Assembly: GCA_030390025.1 (NCBI GenBank)
Contig: JASTWF010000036.1
Location: forward strand, 1,302,001 to 1,366,000
Length of the DNA: 64,000 nucleotides
Direction: 5' to 3'
From: Squalus acanthias
Taxonomy: Eukaryota
This document shows, in pieces, positions 49,910 to 59,614 of this stretch; position 1 is the first letter of the stretch, and every line of letters begins with the position of its first letter. The translations under genes were made by a program, and so were the position numbers. The notes under the pieces were generated by a model. The model saw only the letters and a list, made by a program, of their open reading frames with translations. It had not been told where the DNA came from and did no database searches.

Positions 49910-50224
49910 GTTTTTTTTAATTTGTATCTGGGATGTGGGCGTCGCTGGCAAGGCCAGCATTTATTGCGCATCTCTAATTGCCCTTGAGAAGGTGGTGGTG
50001 AGCCGCCTTCTTGAACCGCTGCAGTCCGTGTGGTGAAGGTGCTGTTAGGGAGTTCCAGGATTTTGACCCAGTGACGATGAAGGATCGACGATATACTTCC
50101 AAGTCGGGATGGTGTGTGACTCGGAGGGGAACTTGGAGGTGGTGGTGTTCCCATGCGCCTGCTGCCCTTGTCCTTCTAGGTGGAAGAGGTCGCGGGTTTG
50201 GGAGGTGCTGCCGGAGAAGCCTTG
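49910..50224 (-). mobile_element. 3' fragment of the same LINE family as 14823-16518
   Basis: Reverse complement aligns with 16185-16510. Confidence 0.85.
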
Positions 50225-50418
50225 AAATGTGATGTCACTCAGTCGCTCTACTGTAGAGGACTTCAGCAGAGAACTTTACAGCCTAACTGTGTCAAATGAC
50301 ACATTACACTTATTCATTAATTGCACCGGCAGTGTAACTAAACGCAGCCCTCTGCTGCTGTGTACCTTTTTTTTAATCTGCAAATAAATCTGACCAAGTA
50401 GTACACGTTTTGTGTGGT

Positions 50419-51593
50419 ATAATAGCAAAATACTGCAGATGCTGGAAATCTGAAATAACAACAGAAAGTGCTGGAAACACTCAGCAGGTCAGGCAGCATC
50501 GAGGAGAGGAGAACATCTTTTGTCCCATTACCTCGCACCATCATCCCTTTTGTCAGTCAATCTCTCCTGCCTTTCACCCTATCACAGACCTTCCCTTTGT
50601 TCTTTCCTCTCCTCCTCCCTGCCCCTGCTTAAAAATCTCTCCTCCCTAACCTTTTCCAGTTCTGACGAAGGGTTTGACCCGAAACGTTGGGGGCGATTTT
50701 CCCAGCCTTGGGGAGGCGGGTTTGGAGGCGGGACTGCCGGGAAAATGGCAGAATCTGGGAGCGGGTACCCATCCCGCCCCCAACCCGCCTCCGTGCCATC
50801 TTCCCAGGAGGCGGGTACCCGACCCATGCCGGGTCCCGTCTCCTCGAGGCGTGAAGGGGATTACAGCCACTTAACTGCCTGTTAACAGGTAGTTAACAGG
50901 CAGTTAAGAGGATTATCCCCATTTTTCCAGCAGAGGCTTCCCGATGTCGGGAAACCCCGCCAGGGTCAGCGAGGCGAGCCGTGGGTCTGCGGGGGTGAGA
51001 GGGGTCCAAAAGTGCGCTGTGGAGGTGAGTGATGCGTGCAAGTGTGGAGAGGTGAGTATGTGAGGTGAGTGAAAAGTGATAGAAAAAGTTTCCTTCCCTT
51101 TGTTTCTTCCTGCAGGCTTCAATCGTTGGGGATGCGGAGGCTCCGGCATCTCCACGGCAGAGATGACATAATGGCTGCTGCATTCTCCGATGCAACAGCC
51201 ATCTGATTTCTGCTGAGGAAATAGGTTTGGTGAGTCTTGAGTACAAGGGCTCACCAAACAACAGAGAATGTCAGTGTTTGACAGCTTCTCACGATGACAA
51301 TTCATCTGTCAAAAATTTGTGACAGATGAAACGTCATACGCTGACGTTCTCTGTAACCGGCTTCCCCTTAATTGGCCTGCTAAGCCCGCTGGGCCGGCTT
51401 AACAAGGTCAATCAAGGGAAAATAGCGTGGGTTGGCCACAAGTCGATGGAGGCGGGACTAAAACCCGACAAGCAGCAGTCCCGCCTCCAACGCGCCCCCA
51501 TTGGCAAAATCACCCCCGTTGACTCTGTTTCTCCTCTCCTCGATGCTGCCTGACCTACTGAGTGTTTCCAGCACTTTCTGTTATTATTTCATG
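50419..51593. mobile_element. Penelope-like remnant with inverted arms, hammerhead motif and 10-bp TSD
   Basis: Minus arm 50419-50512 and plus arm 50513-51591 share the private variant CTCTCCTCGATGCTG; TSD TTTGTGTGGT at 50409-18 and 51594-603; core CTGACGA-A-GGGT-TTG-ACCC-GAAA-CGTT at 50662-50688. Confidence 0.8.
50689..51517. mobile_element. Non-autonomous DNA transposon (PIF/Harbinger-like) inserted in the hammerhead motif
   Basis: TIRs GGGGGCGATTTTCCCA / TGGCAAAATCACCCCC; TSD GTT (or CGTTG); removal restores GAAACGTTGACTCTG. Confidence 0.8.
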
Positions 51594-52002
51594 TTTGTGT
51601 GGTGATTGGCTGCGTTTAGTGACACCACCCGGTGTAATTAGCTAGATGTGTAGTTGCACCGTAGTGGGAGGTCAATACTAAACGCAGCCAATAACATATC
51701 ACCGGAAAAACGTGTACTACTTGGTCAGATTTCTTGGCAGATTAAAAAAAAGTGCACAGCCGCAGAGAGACGCAACAATGTACTTATACAGTTCAACATC
51801 CAAGCTTATACGCTATAAAACTGAGTTGGCTCCTTAAAACAAAAGCAACAGAGTCCCAAATTCTCGTGGTACCTCTCAGCGAGATTTTAGAAACACAGGC
51901 TGCAATTTTCCACTTCAGCTCTCCTGGCACATGCTGGGAATGCGTATCGGGATGGGACAATTCTGCATAGAACCCCGACTTCACGTATTTCTGGCAATGC
52001 AA

Positions 52003-52300
52003 GCCTCCGAGTCAGAAAGTTGTGGGTTCAAGTCCCACTCCAGAAATTTATAGCACGTAACTTAGGCTGCCACTCCAGTGCTGCACTGTCGGAGGTGCCG
52101 TCTTTCAGATGAGACATTAAACTGAGGCCCTGTCTGGTCTCTCAGGTGGACGTAAAAGATCCCATTGCACTATTTGAAGAAGAGATGGGGAGTTCTCCCC
52201 GGTGTCCTGGACAATTTCTATCTCTCAACTAACATCACTTTAACAGATGATCTGGTCATTATCACATTGCTGTTTGTGGGATCATGCTGTGCTCAAATTG
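52003..52300 (+). mobile_element. DeuSINE fragment
   Basis: Homology to the other copies. Confidence 0.8.
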
Positions 52301-52339
52301 TCCCTGAACGACATTAGTGAACCAGTTGTACTTTTATCT

Positions 52340-52698
52340 AGGTACAGTCGTGCAGTGGTTAAATCACTAGACGAGTCATCCTGAGGCCTGGGCTAATAAT
52401 CCAGAGAACCTGAGTTCAAATCCCACCTTGGCAGTTTGTGAATTTGAATTCAGTTGAATAAATCTGGTATCAGTCAAAGTGACCATGAAGCTGTCGGATT
52501 GTCGTACAAACCCAACTGGTTCACTAATGTCCTTTAGGGAAGGAAACCTGACGTCCTTACCCGGTCTGGCCTATATGTGACTCCAGTTGAGTCTTAATTG
52601 CCCTCTGAAGTGGCCGAGTTGTATCAAGGGTAACTAGGAATGGCTAATAATGGCCAGCCTCGCCAGTGATGCCCATACCCAGAAAATGAATTTTAAAA
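52340..52698 (+). mobile_element. tRNA-headed SINE, same family as 2793-3213
   Basis: GTGCAGTGGTTA / GAGTTCAAATCCCACC boxes, GTGACCATGAAGCTGTC.GATTGTCGTA..AACCCAACTGGTTCACTAATG body, LINE-like tail. Confidence 0.75.
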
Positions 52699-53456
52699 AG
52701 CTTTTATTAAAATGAATTTCACATGAACCCATGAATACATAATGGATATCGCACAGCGTAATATCAAGACCATGATGAGAGTTTTGTAAAAAGGACTTCT
52801 CATTAATTTTACTAACAGTAGAAAGCATACACCTTTGAAGCTTTAATTCTCTCTTTGATATTGGGGCAATGCAATGTGTTGTACTCCTAAACTGATAGCC
52901 TACGCCTTAGGTAATTAGAAATTCTTATCAATATGCAGCAAATCAAAACATCAAACGCGTCCCATCAAGCGATCTATCCGCATCAATGATCACTAATGGG
53001 CGGCGATGGCTGGCGCCCACTAGATTGGCCACGTTAGGTGCTGATGTGAATTCCTCGCTCTCAGTGAAAAGGATCTCACTGAAACGAGAGTGACATCCTC
53101 AGCTTCAATTCAGCAGCGCAGTAGCTTTGATTTACAGCTCTGCCTTTGTCAAAAGAAGAATTATTTGTACAATTAGATCGGAACAAATGAACCGCCTTCG
53201 ATGCCATCCCTGGCAGTGAGAAACATTTCGGAGATAACACTGACTACCCTGGAAAAGCAGCCGCTTTGAATTCCGACTTCAGAGTTCAATTGCCTTCTTT
53301 TCTTTTGTTCGGAAGGTTTCCACACCTGTTTTCCCCCCTCCTCCCCTGTAAATTCTCTGCTGGAGTGTATACGCGTGTCAGCAGGCTATTTGACTACAAG
53401 TGGCGTCACAGCCAAGCCCAATCATGTCATTGCCCACGCACAGTTGCGGTAAGGAT

Positions 53457-53940
53457 TAGCCAGTGGCTCAGTGGGTAGCACCCTCATCTCTGAGTCAGAA
53501 GGTTGTGGCTCCAAGTCTTGCCCCAGAGACTTGAGCACAAAAATCTAGGCTGATGCTCCAGTGCATTACTGAGGGAGTGCTGCACTGTCAGAGGTGCCGT
53601 CTTTCAGATGAGACATTAAACCGGGGCCCCGTCTACTCTCTCAGTAGATCCCATGGTACTATTTTGAAGAAGAGCAGGGGAGTTATCCCTGGTGTCCTGG
53701 CCAATATTTATCCCTCAACCAACATCACTAAAACAGGTTATCTGGGCAACATCACTAAAACAGGTTATCTGGTCATTATCACATTGCTGTTTGTGGGAGC
53801 TTGCTGTGCGCAAATTGGCTGCTGCATTTCCTACATTACAACAGTGACTACACTTCAAAAAGTACTTCATTGGCTGTAAAGCAGTTTGGGACGTCCTGAG
53901 GTCGTGAAAGGCGCTGTATAAATGCAAGTCTTTCTTTTTT
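53457..53940 (+). mobile_element. Full-length DeuSINE with a small internal tandem duplication
   Basis: Head-to-tail homology; CAACATCACTAAAACAGGTTATCTGG repeated twice at about 53720-53772. Confidence 0.85.
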
Positions 53941-54460
53941 ATTCTTTTAGACAGCGTTCAGGAGCCTTGGCCAATTTGATCTGCCCTCCCCCCAACTTAG
54001 GCACTGAGGCAAGTCATAGCACCCCTACCACTGTCCCAGCTGGGATTGGCGAGTTCAGTGCCGACCAATGAATGAAGCTGGGACCGCCCTGTTCTGAACG
54101 GCTCAGCTGCTTGCTGGCGAAACAGGCTGTGTTCCGCCAAGCCTAGTGATTGCCGACTCAATATAGGCAGGCCTCTCTGTGCCCCTCCAAACTGAACTGA
54201 ACTCGATGGGCCGACCAGAAATTAATTGCACGGACTTGATAACGTGCAGCATCCCCAACATGCCAATGCGCCCAATGTACCAAAGTGTTCTCCTGCAAGC
54301 GCGATAATGAAAATGTACAGTGACTTGCAGGGAGAGGATCTTGGGAAATTGCAGCCACGCAAACGCACAGTTGCCCAAACCCTCTCCCTCCCCACCACCG
54401 CCAGTTGCCACTCTCCCCAGTTTTCCTTTCTCTCTGGCCAAATTTTTGAAGTGTAGTCAC

Positions 54461-55048
54461 TGTTGGCCTTTATTACAAGAGGATTTGAGTGTAAGATTAA
54501 AGATATCTTACTGCAATTTTATAGGGCCCTGGTGAGACCACACCTAGAGTATTGTGTACAGTTTTGGTCACCTTACCTAAGGAAGGATATACTTGCCATA
54601 GAGGGAGTGCAACGAAGGTTCACCAGACTGGTTCCTGGGATGGGGGGATTGTCCTATGAGGAGAGATTGAGTTGACTAGAGTTTAGAAGAATGAGAGGTG
54701 ATCTCATTGAAACATATAAAATTCTTACAGGGCTTGACAGGGTAGTTGCAGAGAGGATGTTTCCCCTGGCTGGGGAGTCTAGAACCAGGGGTCACAGTCA
54801 CAGAATAAGGGGTCGGCCATTTAGGACTGAGATGAGGAGAAATTTCTTCACTCAGAGGGTGGTGAATCTTTGGAATTCTCTACCCCAGAGGGCTGTGGAG
54901 GCTCAGTTGTTGAGTATATTCAAGACAGAGATCGAGAGATTTTTGAATATTAAGGGAATCAAGGGATATGGGGAGAGTGCTGGAAAGTGGCGATGAGATA
55001 GAAGATCAGTCATGGCCTACGCCTGCTCCTATATCTTATGTTCTTATG
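54461..55048 (+). mobile_element. CR1 3' fragment
   Basis: ORFs 54463-54675 and 54691-54996; TCTTATGTTCTTATG tail. Confidence 0.9.
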
Positions 55049-55136
55049 TAATGTGGGAAACGCGGCAGCCAATTTGCGCTCAGCAAGCTCCCACAAACAG
55101 CAATGTGATAATGACCAGATAATCTGTTTTAGTGAT

Positions 55137-55328
55137 TGTCGTAAGAATGAGCCTTACGCGTGGTGAACTTAAAGTAAGCTTTACAACTAAAAAGGTGCTA
55201 CATACAAAAGAGGTCTTACTCTATGCCTCTCCAGGATCCAACTGCTCAGCCCAGTATTTATCCTGGACTAATCACAGGAAGTGATGTAATAAAGTTCGAG
55301 TCACAGGAAGCTGTATTGTGTTACCACA
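55137..55328 (-). repeat. 3' LTR (192 bp)
   Basis: Preceded on the minus strand by PPT GGGGGGGGAGAA (55329-55340). Confidence 0.95.
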
Positions 55329-55391
55329 TTCTCCCCCCCCAAAAGATTAGGAGGCCGGGATGAAGTTCGAGTTACAGGAAGCTGTATTGTG

Positions 55392-58300
55392 TTACCACAT
55401 TCTCCCTCCATTTCGTAGCCGCTGGACGAGGGAGAGCCGCACCCGTTTGGGTTCTCGTAGCGGTAGAGGGCCCCTAGCCCGTTTACCCACCGCGGGCCGT
55501 GGACCAGAGTCCGAGTGATCCAGCCCGCTCTGTGAGGGGTCAGGACGATCCTGACTGTGTACTGGTGCCCGAACGGGTGTCGGGCAGGGCTGTGGCAGAT
55601 CCGTTTCAGAGCGTATGGTACGGGGTGGATCGTGGCTGCGCGTGCGAGCCCCGACGGGCTCATAGTCAGTCTGCCCCAGGTCGGCACGCTGGAGTGAGGT
55701 ACCAGCCGGCGTCAGATCCAGATCGTGATGAGAGGCACCTGGCGAGCCCAGAGATGTGCCTGGTACAATATCATCCCCTGGTGTCCCTCTATGTTTCGGC
55801 GGGCAGGGAGCCAGATCCCGCAATGACACGGTAGATTCCCGACCGTCAGGATACCGAATATAGGCGTAGGTAGGGTTGACGTCAGTAAGCTCAACCTCAT
55901 CTACCAGGGGGTCATTCTTAGACGCCCGAACATATCTTCGGAGTAGCACTGGTCCCGGTGCAGTCAGCCACGACGGGAGAGATATCCCATAGGATGAGCG
56001 ACGCTGAAATCGGAAGAACCGTTCATGAGGCGTCGTATTTGTGGCGGTCGAAAGGAGGGACCGTGTGGAGTGTAATGCGTCTGGAAGTACTGCTTCCCAT
56101 TGCTGGTTGGGTAGGCCCCGAGATCTCAAAGCCAGACGTACCGCATTCCAGATGATAGCGTTAAAACGCTCGACTTGCCCATTCCCGACCGGATGATAAG
56201 GCGTCGTTCTGCTGGCAGCAATACCCCGTTCCGAGAGATAGGCCTTGAGTTCTCCTGACATAAAAGAAGGGCCCCGATCCGAATGAACATAGGATGCCAT
56301 GCCACAGAAAGCAAATACCTGCTCAAGGCAGCTGATAACCGTGGTCGTCAGCATATTGGGGCAGGGAAAGGCAAATGGAAAACGGGAATACTCATCGACC
56401 ATGGTCAATAGATAAGTGTTGCGAGTTGAAGAGGGCAACGGCCCCTTAAAATCGATGCTAAGCCGTTGCATTGGCTGGGGCGCATGTATGAGTATACCAC
56501 CCGAGGGGCGGAAAAACTGAGGTTTCAATTCCGCACAGACTCTGCAGTCCGAGCACATCTTCTTTACATCCCCGGTAGAGAATGGGAGATTTCGGGACCG
56601 CACGAAGTGTAGCATGCGAGTAACGCCCGGATGACACAACCCATCATGGATGTCTACGAGCGTAGAGGGTGCCATGGCGGAGCAGAATGCTCGTGTGAGG
56701 GTATCCGGAGCCACATTCTCCTTGCCAGGTCGATAGTGGATGGTGTAACCAAAAGAGGCCAATTCCAGCCGCCAAAGCTGGATTTTATTATTTTTAATTT
56801 TGGTCCGTTTTCGATTATCGAGCATGAAGGCGACCGATCGCTGGTCTGTGATTAAGGTAAAGTGCTGGCGAGCTAGAAGATGAGTCCACTTCCGTACTGC
56901 CTCTATGATGGCTGTAGCTTCTTTCTCGACTGGAGGATAATGTAGCTCAGCCCCTTGAAAAGTCCTGGACAAAAATGCCACCGGACGACCTTCCTGATTC
57001 AGAGTGGCCGAGATCGCCACCTCCGAGGCATCACACTCAACAACAAAAGGAAGACTCTCATCGATGGAGTGAAGAGCCGCTTTCTCCAACTGTTTTTTCA
57101 GGAGATTAAAGGCTGCAACAGCCGCTGTGTCTAGTGGGAATGTGCTGGCCTTCAGTAGAGGTTGGATTCGGTCCGAGAAGTTAGGAATCCATTTAGCATA
57201 GTATGCAAACAGGCCGAGGGCCCGGCGCAAGGAGGCCGGATTCTTAGGTGGCGGGAGTTCTTGGAGTGGGCGAAGCCTTTCAGGGTCAGGTTTAATGATG
57301 CCATTGCCCACACAATAGCCAAGGATGTTGATGGTTGGTTGTGAATCAATGGATTTAGCCGCATTTAATGTCAAATTACGGTGCTGGAGTGCATCCCAAA
57401 ATCGTTGGAGATTGGCGTCATGTTCCCGCTGATTGCGACCTGCGACAGTAATATTGTCCAGATAAGGAAACGTATCCTTTAAGTCTTCCTGTTTGACCAG
57501 GTCATCCATTGCTCGCTGGAAGACAGCCACTCCATTAGTGACCCCAAAGGGGAGGCGACGAAATTGATACAGCCGTCCATTGGCTTCAAAGGCCGTATAC
57601 TGCTTGTCTGAGACCTTCAAGGGTACCTGATGATAGGCACTTTTCAGATCATATGTTGAGAACACCGTGTACTCAGCCAGTTTATTAACCATATCATCGA
57701 TGCGCGGCAATGGGTATGCGTCCAAGTCCGTATATTGATTGATGGTCTGTGAATAGTCAATGCACAGCCGTTTCTTGTGAGGTTGTAGAGGGTTCTTAAC
57801 AATAACAACCTGGGCGCGCCATGGCGACGAACAAGGCTCGATGATATCCTCTGCTAAAAGCCGAGAAATCTCAGGCGCAATAAAAGACTGGTCTTCCTGA
57901 CTGAAACGTCGTGACTTTGTTATAATCGGTTTGCATCGAGGAGGGATACTGGTAAACAGTGAGGGTTCATCCAGTGAAGCTGCTGACAATGCACAGAACG
58001 GTAATCGAGGTCGTATATTAGAAATAGAGAGTTCAGGTTTGGATCCGCCGAACTCAATGGTGAGCTTCTTATGCTGCTTTTGAAAATCTAGCCCTAAGAT
58101 AAGATCACTACATAAGTCCTTGAGCACCGAAAGCCGGGTGGAGGGATACCTGTGACCATTAAGTGTTATTTCAACCATACAAAAGCCAGAAATTCTGGTA
58201 TTAAGTGATGACTGAGCCATCGCAATTGCCTGGTCCGATGGGAAAACATGTAGCTTTAACTCTGCAACAATCTGTTCCCTAATGAAACTATCAGTGCTAC

Positions 58301-59342
58301 CTGAGTCAATTAAGGCATCTAAAGTATGTCCATTAATTGATGCTTTTGTAGCTGCATGGAATAGGTTCTGAGGACAAGCAGCTGTAATTGGTGTCGTTGC
58401 ACAAAGAGTGGCTGAAACTCTAGGTGTGTTTCTTCGAGAGAAAACCCGAGAGGAAGCACGATAGATTTTAGCCGGAACATCTTGATAGGTCCTTACCGGG
58501 GCAGTTCGGTAGGACTTAGCTTGATAAGCCCTCGTAGAGGCTCTTGATAGGCAAACCTTTGCAAAATGACCCTTTTTGTTGCAATGACTGCAAAACGCAT
58601 TGCGAGCAGGGCAGAATTTCCGAGGGTGAAACTCATCACCACAAAAGAAGCATTTCTTAGATTGCCAAGAGGCTGCCACAGTGGGGTCATCATCCTCTTC
58701 ATCAGTGAAGTCATCAGATTGATCGTCAGGGATAAAGTCCTCCCTAATAGAGTTCACCTGTGGCCTCTTAAATTGCCTGACTGTAGTTAAGGCAGCAGAC
58801 CGAGGTCTGGGCACTGTATAAAGGTCTGCATTTCTTTTTGCCAGATCTAGAGAGCAAGCCATGTCATAAGCTCTCTGAAGCTCAAGTGTCTTACTTTCCA
58901 GTAGACGCTGGCGTATAAATGGGGAGGCAAGCCCGCAGATGAAAGCATCACGGATCATTTCTTCACGGTACAGCTCAGCTGAGGCCGCCTGAAAGTTACA
59001 GTCCATACTAAGTCTGCGAAGCTCTTGGAGGAATTTATCAATGGATTCCTCCGGCCCTTGTTGGGCTGTAGCTAGTAGATGTCTGGCATAGACCTCATTC
59101 GGTGTCTTAGTATATAGTCTTTTAAGCGTCCGAATTGCCTCCTCGTAACTGCCCCATTCCTCGACATACTGAAATACATTCGGGGTGACACAGTTGATGA
59201 GTATCCGCAATTTTGAGTCATCATCAGCCTTGCAATATTCGAGAAAATTGTCAAACGTGCGATACCAGTGTTTCCACACCTTACCGGCTGCTGGGGTGTT
59301 TGGGTCCAAGTCAAGACGCGATGGTTTAAGGATGTTTTCCAT
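55392..59342 (-). CDS. Gag-Pol polyprotein, 1316 aa (Gag with 2 CCHC, protease, RT, RNase H, integrase)
   Basis: CFFCGDEFHPRKFC, CSHCNKKGHFAKVC, LIDSGS, RLCIDY, DLKSAYHQV, LPFGV, YLDN, ECDASE, H..LCH..C..C, IDFKG / HSDRG / QVERFN; PR-RT-RH-IN order is Ty3/Gypsy. Confidence 0.96.
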   Translation of the reverse strand: MENILKPSRLDLDPNTPAAGKVWKHWYRTFDNFLEYCKADDDSKLRILINCVTPNVFQYVEEWGSYEEAIRTLKRLYTKTPNEVYARHLLATAQQGPEESIDKFLQELRRLSMDCNFQAASAELYREEMIRDAFICGLASPFIRQRLLESKTLELQRAYDMACSLDLAKRNADLYTVPRPRSAALTTVRQFKRPQVNSIREDFIPDDQSDDFTDEEDDDPTVAASWQSKKCFFCGDEFHPRKFCPARNAFCSHCNKKGHFAKVCLSRASTRAYQAKSYRTAPVRTYQDVPAKIYRASSRVFSRRNTPRVSATLCATTPITAACPQNLFHAATKASINGHTLDALIDSGSTDSFIREQIVAELKLHVFPSDQAIAMAQSSLNTRISGFCMVEITLNGHRYPSTRLSVLKDLCSDLILGLDFQKQHKKLTIEFGGSKPELSISNIRPRLPFCALSAASLDEPSLFTSIPPRCKPIITKSRRFSQEDQSFIAPEISRLLAEDIIEPCSSPWRAQVVIVKNPLQPHKKRLCIDYSQTINQYTDLDAYPLPRIDDMVNKLAEYTVFSTYDLKSAYHQVPLKVSDKQYTAFEANGRLYQFRRLPFGVTNGVAVFQRAMDDLVKQEDLKDTFPYLDNITVAGRNQREHDANLQRFWDALQHRNLTLNAAKSIDSQPTINILGYCVGNGIIKPDPERLRPLQELPPPKNPASLRRALGLFAYYAKWIPNFSDRIQPLLKASTFPLDTAAVAAFNLLKKQLEKAALHSIDESLPFVVECDASEVAISATLNQEGRPVAFLSRTFQGAELHYPPVEKEATAIIEAVRKWTHLLARQHFTLITDQRSVAFMLDNRKRTKIKNNKIQLWRLELASFGYTIHYRPGKENVAPDTLTRAFCSAMAPSTLVDIHDGLCHPGVTRMLHFVRSRNLPFSTGDVKKMCSDCRVCAELKPQFFRPSGGILIHAPQPMQRLSIDFKGPLPSSTRNTYLLTMVDEYSRFPFAFPCPNMLTTTVISCLEQVFAFCGMASYVHSDRGPSFMSGELKAYLSERGIAASRTTPYHPVGNGQVERFNAIIWNAVRLALRSRGLPNQQWEAVLPDALHSTRSLLSTATNTTPHERFFRFQRRSSYGISLPSWLTAPGPVLLRRYVRASKNDPLVDEVELTDVNPTYAYIRYPDGRESTVSLRDLAPCPPKHRGTPGDDIVPGTSLGSPGASHHDLDLTPAGTSLQRADLGQTDYEPVGARTRSHDPPRTIRSETDLPQPCPTPVRAPVHSQDRPDPSQSGLDHSDSGPRPAVGKRARGPLPLREPKRVRLSLVQRLRNGGRMW

Positions 59343-59408
59343 GATGGGTGATTCCCTGGATCCTTAGTTCCGAGTTCGTCCAAAAAGTTTGAGTGCGAAG
59401 TTTTTCAA

Positions 59409-59419
59409 AGTTGATTAAA
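59409..59419 (-). promoter_or_regulatory. Putative self-priming PBS (TTTAATCAACT)
   Basis: Lies 1 nt from the 5' LTR end, has no TGG, and is a perfect complement of LTR sequence AGTTGATTAAA (59464-59474). Confidence 0.75.
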
Positions 59420-59420
59420 T

Positions 59421-59614
59421 TGTCGTAAGAACGAGCCTTACGCGTGGTGAACTTAAAGTAAGCTTTAATCAACTAAAAAGGTGCTACATACAAAAGAGGT
59501 CTTACTCTATGCCTCTCCAGGATCCAACTGCTCAGCCCAGTATTTATCCTGGACTAATCACAGGAAGTGATGTAATAAAGTTCGAGTCACAGGAAGCTGT
59601 ATTGTGTTACCACA
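59421..59614 (-). repeat. 5' LTR (194 bp)
   Basis: Direct repeat of 55137-55328; TATA-like GATAAATA and ATTAAA on the minus strand. Confidence 0.95.

Larger units (their letters stand above)
55137..59614 (-). mobile_element. Full-length Ty3/Gypsy LTR retrotransposon (Mag-like, two CCHC knuckles)
   Basis: LTRs 55137-55328 and 59421-59614 (TG...CA; differ by one substitution and a 2-bp indel); TSD GTGAT at 55132-36 and 59615-19; intact ORF. Confidence 0.97.

Noticed and set aside
55301..55900. env-like or extra ORFs at the Gypsy 3' end
   Set aside because: Short alternative-frame ORFs overlapping pol and the LTR, with no signal peptide or transmembrane pattern.
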